Shown here piece by piece: positions 17,991 through 26,418 of a stretch of DNA of 64,000 nucleotides. The notes under the pieces were generated by a model, which did not search any database, was not told the DNA's origin, and was given only the letters and a program-made list of their open reading frames with translations. Location of the stretch: the NCBI GenBank assembly GCA_028718185.1, contig JAQUMH010000004.1:10334-74333 (forward strand). The letters are read 5' to 3'. The translations under genes were made by a program, and so were the position numbers. Within the stretch, counting starts at the first letter, position 1, and every line of letters begins with the position of its first letter. This DNA comes from Elusimicrobiota bacterium. Its GTDB lineage: Bacteria; Elusimicrobiota; UBA8919.

Positions 17991-20701
17991 TACTTTACCG
18001 TCACATTTACCTGGCTCACACCGGTTAGATAATTATCATCTACAGCATGAACCGTTATTATGTGTTTCCCTTTTGAATGACCGGCGGTATTCCATTGATA
18101 TTCAGGACTTGACGATATTTTGACAAGTTTATTATCTATAAAATAACGGTAAGAAACTACAGGGTTGTCTGATTCAGAATTTTTTGTGGCACTAACCGCA
18201 ATTTTGGTTGTTCCGCCTAATTTGGCATTTTTTAACGGTGCAGTTATTGTAACAGACGGCGATAATTTAAAGAAGTTATCATCAAACACTTTGTCATATT
18301 TTGCTCTTTCTTCCGGACTTAAAGCATAGAGCTTAAATATTCCCATGCCAAGACCAGCCATTCGAGGTGATTCTGCACGTAAATATTTTATCCACAAATC
18401 AATATCCGCCGGATGACCGTGAAAATCATCTCCACCGCTTAGTATACCTAAGGTTTTACCTTCAAGGTCAAAGTACTTTACCCAGTCAGTATATTTCTTG
18501 ATATATGTTCTGTATTCCTTGGTCCCCGGGTAAATATATATCTCCGGTTTGTAAAGACTTACTATATCGCTTGCACTAGCCATTAATTCATCAAAAGCAT
18601 CACCATAATATGCAGCAACTATAAAAAAATCGGGGAATTGTTTTTTCACCCGCCTGAGCGCTGCAATGGATTCTTTGACCCGGTTATCCCAATCCCCGGC
18701 AGACCATTCGTCAATTGATAGACCATAATATCCTTCATTGGCAATCTTGAAATAGGTATTATACATTTTTTCTTCAGTGTCAAGATATCCCGGATTATCA
18801 GCTTTTGATGCATCATCCCTGCTAGCATATGTAAACGGTATCGGTAGTTTACCTTTTGCAATCATTTCATCGTGCCATGATTTAGTCATCCACTTATAAC
18901 CGGAAAAATTCATGGTTTCATGAGGTTGCTCGCCACTTCCTGCACACCAATAAATAACATATGGCGGGTTTATAGGTGCAAGATTAGGATTTGGGAATAC
19001 TGCTCCTTCATGAAAAAGCAAATTATTGTTTGGCGGTGTAAGAGAAATTTTAAAATTATTATCTGATATGTCCCCGGGACTTCCCGTTACATCCTGTACA
19101 CGTATCTTGCAAGCAATACTATCAGTATCTGGAACTATTATTGTTTCGCTACCATCATTAGCTATATTCGGAACTATTGTTGTCCAGTTAGTTCCACCGT
19201 CTGTTGATAAATCTACATTTACATTTCCTACTGTACCTTGCGTTGACCATGTTACTGCTTTCTTACTGCCTGCTACCCAATTTTCACTGCCATTAGGTGC
19301 TGTTACTTTTATTTCCGGATTTAGTTGCCCTTCACTTAATATATTAATATAATCAAAATTACCAATAGCCTCGTTACCTACAGTATCCATTACCAACTTC
19401 ATTATATGTTTCCCCGCACTTAAACTTATCCCTGTCTTCTTTAGTGTTTGAAAATTCTGCCAACTACCCGTATTAGGAACTGTTATTTGTCCTGTTTTAT
19501 CTATGTCATCAAACTCTATGTGAAAATTACCGCCATTGCCTTCACATCCTGCACTAACTTCTATAGTATATGTTCCAGCTGTCTTTGCATTTATCGTATA
19601 TTTTAACCATTCACCTGCCATAACCCAGCCAATATCATTACCCCCACTCGCTCCACTATAGGACTCGACATCTACATCCATTTTTTTTCGGTAAGCGTTC
19701 TCCGGCTCACCTGTCGGTATATCGCGATACATTGCGTTACCTTTCGTTGTATCGTAATATGATATACCTTGACCGCCATTATCAAAATCTTCGGCTTCTA
19801 TCTTGCATGGAATCTGAAATGGGACTCCCTTATATGGAACAGTTACACTTATAGCTTTTGTAGTGTTACTAGGACTATTTGATACAACTGACCAGTTTGG
19901 GACTTCATCTGCTGTCTTTATTCCAAAATAGTATTTTGTTGAAGGTGAAAGTCCAACAATTGTGAATGCCTCCTGATTAAATACCTGTTGTGCTGCCGGT
20001 GTCCCCTGAACTTTAGTTGCAGAATCCCAGTTTGCATCTGTTATCGGCGAAAGTGAGTATCGTATATCATACGGTATATACCGTGAAGCCAGATGATATA
20101 ACCATTGTGATTGCGGAGTAGGTTTTTGACGATTCATATCATATGGTATATATTTTGCAGCCTGACCATTACTGTTGTCATCGTTGCCTGGAGCGGACCA
20201 TGTAAGAGTTATTGAATTCGGCGTCGGGTCACTTGTTGCAAGGTCTGTTATTTTGCCGGGTGGTGTTGTATCTGTAAGAGCAGATGTTGTTGCACTCGGT
20301 GATTTGGATAATGGAGACCAGTTTGGAACTTCATCTCCTGCTTTTATTGCAAAGTAGTATTTTGTTGAAGGTGTAAGTCCAAAAACAATAAATGATTCCG
20401 CAGAACCGGCAAGATTTGGAACCATATTTACTGTAGCCTTAGTAGCTGAATTCCAGTCTGCTTCTGTGTTTATCGGTGAAAGTGAATATCTGATATCATA
20501 TTTGGCTGCTGTGCCTGAATTACCATCGTCGCCAACAGACCGCCATACTAGCGTGATTGTTTTAGGAGTCGGAAATGCAGTAAGAAAATATGTTATTTTA
20601 GCAGGTGGTGTTGTGTCAGCTATACCGAACAAGACACTAACACTTGTAAATATACCCAACATAAAAATGCATACTACTTTCAACAAATTTTGTCTGGACA
20701 T
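17990..20701 (-). CDS. Secreted FN3 x3, CBM6, GEVED-like beta-sandwich protein with a C-terminal conserved domain of about 330 aa of unknown function (possible TIM-barrel glycoside-hydrolase-like). Paralog 1 of 3; no CTD.
   Basis: Signal peptide MSRQNLLKVVCIFMLGIFTSVSVLFG. FN3 reads TPPAKITYF...YDIRYSLSP...YYFAIKAGDEVPNWS. CBM6 reads IEAEDFDNGGQG...GEWLKYTIN...FHIEF...MKLVMD. The conserved C-terminal domain contains ...YWCAGSGEQPHETMNFSGYKW...GYYGLSIDEW...FFIVAAYYGD...ADIDLWIKYLRAESP.... SD is GGGGGG. Confidence 0.65.
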   Translation of the reverse strand: MSRQNLLKVVCIFMLGIFTSVSVLFGIADTTPPAKITYFLTAFPTPKTITLVWRSVGDDGNSGTAAKYDIRYSLSPINTEADWNSATKATVNMVPNLAGSAESFIVFGLTPSTKYYFAIKAGDEVPNWSPLSKSPSATTSALTDTTPPGKITDLATSDPTPNSITLTWSAPGNDDNSNGQAAKYIPYDMNRQKPTPQSQWLYHLASRYIPYDIRYSLSPITDANWDSATKVQGTPAAQQVFNQEAFTIVGLSPSTKYYFGIKTADEVPNWSVVSNSPSNTTKAISVTVPYKGVPFQIPCKIEAEDFDNGGQGISYYDTTKGNAMYRDIPTGEPENAYRKKMDVDVESYSGASGGNDIGWVMAGEWLKYTINAKTAGTYTIEVSAGCEGNGGNFHIEFDDIDKTGQITVPNTGSWQNFQTLKKTGISLSAGKHIMKLVMDTVGNEAIGNFDYINILSEGQLNPEIKVTAPNGSENWVAGSKKAVTWSTQGTVGNVNVDLSTDGGTNWTTIVPNIANDGSETIIVPDTDSIACKIRVQDVTGSPGDISDNNFKISLTPPNNNLLFHEGAVFPNPNLAPINPPYVIYWCAGSGEQPHETMNFSGYKWMTKSWHDEMIAKGKLPIPFTYASRDDASKADNPGYLDTEEKMYNTYFKIANEGYYGLSIDEWSAGDWDNRVKESIAALRRVKKQFPDFFIVAAYYGDAFDELMASASDIVSLYKPEIYIYPGTKEYRTYIKKYTDWVKYFDLEGKTLGILSGGDDFHGHPADIDLWIKYLRAESPRMAGLGMGIFKLYALSPEERAKYDKVFDDNFFKLSPSVTITAPLKNAKLGGTTKIAVSATKNSESDNPVVSYRYFIDNKLVKISSSPEYQWNTAGHSKGKHIITVHAVDDNYLTGVSQVNVTVK

Positions 20702-20867
20702 TTACCCCCCAATGAAAACAGTGCGATAGTGAGATAGTGCGATGGTGCTATAGTGGAACAAGAAGCAATAACAAGTATTAAAAATCTTACTTCTTGCATC
20801 TTGTTTCTTGCTTCCAATGTTTCTGACATCGGACATTGGACTTCGGACGCCTCTGCTTTTTTTTATT

Positions 20868-23357
20868 TTACTCTGCTGTCTTGAACTGCATTTTGGTTAA
20901 ATATCTTAATTGGTATACGGTGAATCCTATTAATATAAAACCTATTAACCAGCTCATTGCTGTTGCCATTCCAAATCTTAAGTTAAAAAATGCTGTTTTA
21001 AATATTAATAATTCCGATACGTTTGTTTTTCCGGCTGGTCCGCCATCTGTCATTGCTAATATAAAATCTACTGACCTAAATGCTGATATAAATGCACCTA
21101 CAAAACTTATCGTGATTAACGGTTTGATTGTAGGTATAGTTACATTCCATAATTTTTGCCAGATGTTAGAACCATCTATGTCTGCTGCTTCATATAAATC
21201 TTCAGGTATAGTCTTTAGTGCAGCCAGATAAATGAGACAACCAGGTCCCACAGATGCCCAAATAATAGGTATTATTACACAAAACATAGCAAAATTGGGG
21301 CTTTGGAGCCAATCCTGAGGAAGGATTTTACTTCCAGAAATAAGAGTTAAAATTTTGTTTAATATTCCATTATTTGATGGTTCATAGAAACTTTTCCATA
21401 ATAATACTACTATTATGCTACTTATTACGCTGGGTAAATAAAATATTACTCTGAAAAATACTTTACCTTTTGGTACTTCATGTAACATTATAGCAAGGAA
21501 TATTGGCGAGAAAAAACCTAAACCAAGCATTAAACCTGCAAAATATATACTATGCCACAACGTCAGCCAGAATTCTTGATTAAAAAGTACATTTACAAAA
21601 TTATCTAAACCTACGAAAGTGCTTCCCCCAAGTACTTTGTAATCCAAAAAAGCCATAATAGTACCGCGTATCGTAGGAACATACTGCCACAGTACCATAC
21701 CAAACACAGCCGGAACGAGTATCAAATATGCAATCCAGTATTTCTTGAATCCCCATCCTGTTTTGGTTCCTTCAGGAGTAAATACTTTCATAATATATAT
21801 AAACGCAAAAATGAAAGTTAAAAAAATAACAATAGCTAAAGATAATGCCACTTTTCGTCTAAATGCCATTTTCTTCGGCGGAATTATTCCTATCATCTTC
21901 TCATTTGTCTTAGCAACTGCTATGTCTAATAGTTCTTTTATACGTTTTTTTGCAACTTCAGGCGGTTTAGTACCAAGTTTTTCTAATATTGCTAATTCTA
22001 AAGGTTCAGATACATAACCATAAGCCTCAGCACAGTTTTTACCATATGGCTCAGGAACACCGTTGTATAATGCTTCCTTGTATTTCTCTTCCCACCCTTT
22101 AGGTACATATTTTAAGTATTCGGTATAACCATATTTTCTAAGTAGTGCAGGATTAATAAAATTACCGTAACCATTCTCTACATATACTTTAGTGCGAATT
22201 TTATCTGCTTCAGGACTTCCCCAAAAATATACAAATTTCCATGCTGCATCAAGAACATCAGGGTCTTTTATTCCTGAAAATATACCCATCATAGAACAAT
22301 TAAGTTCCGAACCCCTTAATCCGGTAGGACCTTTTGGTACCGGAGCTATTCCGACAATTTGCGGATCTACCTCAGCGATCATTTCTGCATTAAAATAAAA
22401 TTGGAGCATACCCATCTTACCTGTTTTCCATTTTGTATAATACCAATCAGTGCCATAGAAAGCTGCACCATCAATAGTTTTACCATTTTTCACAAAAGGT
22501 TGTTGTATGAGTCGAAGCCAAAAATAAACTGCTTCCACCGCTTCTGGTGTATTAAAAACTGCGTGCCATTCTCCGGTCTTATCTTGTTCAACAAATCTTG
22601 CGCCTGCAGATAAAAGTAGAAAATAAAAATTCCATGAAGCACCTCCACCACTTGTGAATTGAGTGCCATAAATGCCTTTTTCAGGATCGGCAATTTTGCG
22701 GGCGTATTCTATATATTCTTCCCATGTTTCGGGTGGATGTTCAGGGTTAAGGCCGGCATCATAAAATAAATCTTTACGGTAAGCAAAACCCATAATCCAA
22801 TTTTCATATGGGACTGCCCACCAGTGTTTAGTCCCCCCATCCGGTCCTTCACGATATACTACCGGGATTGCACCGGGAACGATTCTTTCTTTAAGTTCTT
22901 CTTTAGGCATTTGTTCTATAAATTTATCAAGTGGCTGCAAAAACCCCTGTTGAATAAAAAAATCTGACTTTTTAAAATTAACGCTAATAATATCCGGAGC
23001 AATGCCGCCTGCTATTGACATAAGTGTTCCATTTTCAGGTCCCAGAACCGATTGATTAGAAGCAACACCGCCGGACTCTATAATTTCTATCCAGGGATAT
23101 TTTTCTTTGAATGCCCGAAGAACGTGCCTATTACACATTGTTGGCGCTCTTGAATCATCAGGTCTTGGAAGACCGACACTTTTTTCAACAACCAATCTTA
23201 CTTTTTTGTGGTTTTCCTGTGTATATGAGGGTGTTGTAGAAAAAACATTCAAAAGCGAGGTAATTGTTAGCAGAAAAAAAACTTTTTTTAACAAGAAATG
23301 ATCACCACTTTTATTTTTCATTTTCCATAACTCCTTTTTTAATATTAATGGACTCAT
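20868..23357 (-). CDS. Single-polypeptide fusion of a family-1 extracellular solute-binding protein (sugar-type SBP) with a MalF/UgpA-like ABC permease domain. Copy 1.
   Basis: The N-terminal roughly 480 aa show SBP_bac_1-like features (TWEEYIEYARKI, WNFYFLLLSAG). There is then a TM segment and a permease with the EAA loop (EAADIDGSNIWQKLWNVTIPT). The likely true start is ATG at 23321 (MKNKSGDHFLLKKVFFLLTITSLL, a signal peptide after AAGGAG). Confidence 0.65.
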   Translation of the reverse strand: MSPLILKKELWKMKNKSGDHFLLKKVFFLLTITSLLNVFSTTPSYTQENHKKVRLVVEKSVGLPRPDDSRAPTMCNRHVLRAFKEKYPWIEIIESGGVASNQSVLGPENGTLMSIAGGIAPDIISVNFKKSDFFIQQGFLQPLDKFIEQMPKEELKERIVPGAIPVVYREGPDGGTKHWWAVPYENWIMGFAYRKDLFYDAGLNPEHPPETWEEYIEYARKIADPEKGIYGTQFTSGGGASWNFYFLLLSAGARFVEQDKTGEWHAVFNTPEAVEAVYFWLRLIQQPFVKNGKTIDGAAFYGTDWYYTKWKTGKMGMLQFYFNAEMIAEVDPQIVGIAPVPKGPTGLRGSELNCSMMGIFSGIKDPDVLDAAWKFVYFWGSPEADKIRTKVYVENGYGNFINPALLRKYGYTEYLKYVPKGWEEKYKEALYNGVPEPYGKNCAEAYGYVSEPLELAILEKLGTKPPEVAKKRIKELLDIAVAKTNEKMIGIIPPKKMAFRRKVALSLAIVIFLTFIFAFIYIMKVFTPEGTKTGWGFKKYWIAYLILVPAVFGMVLWQYVPTIRGTIMAFLDYKVLGGSTFVGLDNFVNVLFNQEFWLTLWHSIYFAGLMLGLGFFSPIFLAIMLHEVPKGKVFFRVIFYLPSVISSIIVVLLWKSFYEPSNNGILNKILTLISGSKILPQDWLQSPNFAMFCVIIPIIWASVGPGCLIYLAALKTIPEDLYEAADIDGSNIWQKLWNVTIPTIKPLITISFVGAFISAFRSVDFILAMTDGGPAGKTNVSELLIFKTAFFNLRFGMATAMSWLIGFILIGFTVYQLRYLTKMQFKTAE

Positions 23358-23563
23358 TATAACAAATTTTCTTTATTTGTCAAATAATATTAAAAAAGTT
23401 TTTTAATAGCCTATGTAGTGATTAATGTACAATAAAACAAGAAGCAAGTATTCTAAATCTTACTTCTTGCATCTTGTTTCTTGCTTCAAGTGTTAGTACG
23501 TCGAACCTAACCCACCACTAAACCGTGCGTGCAAGGACATAGACTAAGGACATTGGATTGTCT

Positions 23564-26239
23564 TTATAACTTTACATTTACCTGGCTTACGCCGGCAAGG
23601 TAGTCATCTGCCACTGCATGCACAGTTATTATATGATTGCCTTTTGAATAACCGGTAGTATTCCATAAGTACTCAGGGCTTGATGATATTTTTACGAGTT
23701 TATTATCTATAAAATAACGATAAGACACAACAGGATTACCTGTTTCAGAATTTTTAGTAGCATTTACTGAAATTTTAACTGTGCCTTTAACTAAAGCATT
23801 TTTAGCCGGTGAAATTATAGAAACAGATGGTGATTGCTTGAAGAAATCATCATCCATCACCTTATCATATTTTGCTCTTTCAGGAGCAGATAAAGCATAG
23901 AGTTTAAATATTGATATCCCAAGACTAGCCATCCTTGGTGATTCTGCACGCAAGTACTTTATCCATAAGTCAATGTCTGCCGGCTGTCCGTGGAAGTCGT
24001 CTCCACCGCTCAATATGCCGATATTCTTACTTTCTAGTCCATAATATTTTAACCAGTCAGTCCACTTCTTGATATACGATCCGTAGTCCTTGGACCCGGG
24101 ATAAATATATATCTCCGATTCATAAATATTTATTATATCGCTTGCACTCGCCATTGTATCATCAAAACCATCACCATAGTAAGCAGCAACCATGAACGTA
24201 TTTGGATATTGTTTTCTAACCCTCCTTAACGCGTTGATAGATTCCTTGACACGGTCATCCGTTTCCCATGTAACCCATTCGTCTATTTCTATACCATAAT
24301 ATCCTTCCTGTGCAATCTTTAAATATTTATTATACATCTTTTCTTCAGTATCAAGAAACTCAGGATTAGCGCTTTGTGAAGCGTTATTTCTTGATGCATA
24401 TGTAAATGGTATCGGTAGTTTTCCTTTTGCTATCATTTCATCATGCCACGTTTTGTCAGCCCATTTATAACCTGCATAATTTACCGTTTCGTGAGGCTGC
24501 TCGCCGGGACCGGCTCGCCAGGAAATAAGATATGGCGGATTTACAGGTGCGAGATTGGGATTTGGGAATACTGCTCCTTCGTAAAAAAGTAATTTGTCAT
24601 TTGGCGGAGTAAGAGAAATTTTAAAATTAGCATTTGACGTGTCACTATACTTACCATTAATATCTCGTACCCGTATCTTACAATTACTGCTCGCTTTATT
24701 TGGAACTATTATTGGCTCACTACCATCATTTGCTGTATTTGAGACTATTGTTATCCAGTTCGCTCCCCCGTCTGTTGATAAATCTATATTTATATTCCCC
24801 AAGTTACCTTGACTTGTCCATGTCACTTTGCTTTGATTACCTGTTATCCAATTCTCCCCGCCGTTAGGTGATGTAACTGTTATGCCCGGTTTTAATTGCC
24901 CTTCACTTATTATATTTATATAATCAAAATTACCGGTTGCCTCGTTACCGGTTGTATCCATTGCTAACTTCATAATATGTTTTCCTGCACTTAAACTTAC
25001 CCCTGTCTTCTTTATAGTTTGCCAAATCTGAAACCCGCCTGTATTAGGAACCGTCATTGTACCTGTTTTATCAACGTCATCAAACTCTATATGAAAATTA
25101 CCGCCACTACCACCACATCCTACTCTCACTTCTACTGTATATGTCCCTGCTGTTTTTACATTGACTGTATATTTTAGAAATTCATTTGCATAAACCCAGC
25201 CAATATCATAACCTCCGCCTGCATCATTACAAGGTTCAATATCAACATCTTCTGCTGTACGGTACGAATTTCCTGAATTACGAGGTGTTGTATCATAATA
25301 TGCTACGCCTTGTCCGCCATTATCAAAATCTTCAGCTTCTATCTTACAGGGTATCTGAAACGGGATTCCTTTATATGGAGTAGTTATACCTATAGCTTTT
25401 GTAGTGCCACTAGGACTATTTGATACGACTGACCAGTTAGGAACTTCATCTGCCGTCTTTATAGCAAAATAATACTTCGTTGAAGGTTTAAGACCAACAA
25501 CGCTGAATGTCACTTGATTAAATACCTCTTGTGCTGTCGGTGTATCTTTTACTTTAGTTGCAGAATCCCAGTTTGCATCAGTTATCGGTGTCAACGAGTA
25601 TCTAATATCATATGGTATATATCTTGAAGCTAGACGAAGTAGAAATTGTGATTCCGGGATTGGTTTTTCACGATTCATATCATATGGAATATATCCTGCA
25701 GCTTGACCTTTACTATTGTCATCGTTGCCGGGAGTGGTCCATGTAAGAGTTATTGAGTTTGCAGTTGGGTTACTTGCTGCAAGGTCTGTTATTTTACCGG
25801 GTGGTGTTGTATCTGTAAGAGCAGGTGTTGTTGCACTCAGTGATTTAGATAATGGTGACCAGTTAGGAACTTCATCTCCTGCTTTAATTGCAAAATAGTA
25901 TTTGGTTGAAGGTGTAAGTCCAAAGACAATAAATGATTCCGCAGAACCCGCAGAATTTGGAGTGAGGTCACATTTAATCTTTGTAGCTGAACTCCATTCT
26001 GCTTCTGTTGTTATAGGTGAAAGGGAATACCTGATATCATATTTTGTTGCTGTACCTGAATTACCATCATTCCCGACAGACCGCCATACAAGCGTGACTG
26101 TCTTGGCAGTCGGATATGCAGTCGTAAAATACGTTATCTTGGCAGGTGGTGTAGTATCAGTTATACCAAGTAATACATTTCCCGCAAACATACTTACAAA
26201 AAACATACAACATAATCTTAACAATTTTTGCATGAACAT
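23564..26239 (-). CDS. FN3 x3, CBM6, GEVED-like protein with the unknown 330 aa C-terminal domain. Paralog 2 of 3.
   Basis: About 70-80% identical to 17990-20701 throughout. Signal peptide MFMQKLLRLCCMFFVSMFAGNVLLG. SD is AAGGGGGT. Confidence 0.65.
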   Translation of the reverse strand: MFMQKLLRLCCMFFVSMFAGNVLLGITDTTPPAKITYFTTAYPTAKTVTLVWRSVGNDGNSGTATKYDIRYSLSPITTEAEWSSATKIKCDLTPNSAGSAESFIVFGLTPSTKYYFAIKAGDEVPNWSPLSKSLSATTPALTDTTPPGKITDLAASNPTANSITLTWTTPGNDDNSKGQAAGYIPYDMNREKPIPESQFLLRLASRYIPYDIRYSLTPITDANWDSATKVKDTPTAQEVFNQVTFSVVGLKPSTKYYFAIKTADEVPNWSVVSNSPSGTTKAIGITTPYKGIPFQIPCKIEAEDFDNGGQGVAYYDTTPRNSGNSYRTAEDVDIEPCNDAGGGYDIGWVYANEFLKYTVNVKTAGTYTVEVRVGCGGSGGNFHIEFDDVDKTGTMTVPNTGGFQIWQTIKKTGVSLSAGKHIMKLAMDTTGNEATGNFDYINIISEGQLKPGITVTSPNGGENWITGNQSKVTWTSQGNLGNINIDLSTDGGANWITIVSNTANDGSEPIIVPNKASSNCKIRVRDINGKYSDTSNANFKISLTPPNDKLLFYEGAVFPNPNLAPVNPPYLISWRAGPGEQPHETVNYAGYKWADKTWHDEMIAKGKLPIPFTYASRNNASQSANPEFLDTEEKMYNKYLKIAQEGYYGIEIDEWVTWETDDRVKESINALRRVRKQYPNTFMVAAYYGDGFDDTMASASDIINIYESEIYIYPGSKDYGSYIKKWTDWLKYYGLESKNIGILSGGDDFHGQPADIDLWIKYLRAESPRMASLGISIFKLYALSAPERAKYDKVMDDDFFKQSPSVSIISPAKNALVKGTVKISVNATKNSETGNPVVSYRYFIDNKLVKISSSPEYLWNTTGYSKGNHIITVHAVADDYLAGVSQVNVKL

Positions 26240-26418
26240 TAAAATACCCCCTTTTTGAAATATGCTTCGCGTAATTTATTGTAATTTATAGTAATATGTT
26301 GTTTAATTTCTATAAATTTCTTAATTTCCATAAGTTTCAATATTTAATTTTTTTGAACATTGAACCTCGCCCACCACTAAATCGTCGGTGGGCAGGGACA
26401 TCAGACTAATGACTGTCT

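Noticed and set aside
20836-21231. Plus-strand ORFs overlapping the SBP-permease genes and the 900 aa paralogs (20836-21231, 26839-27249, 28787-29188, 30030-30374 and others).
   Set aside because: They are fully embedded antisense to well-supported minus-strand CDSs, and they are conserved only because the sense genes are paralogous.
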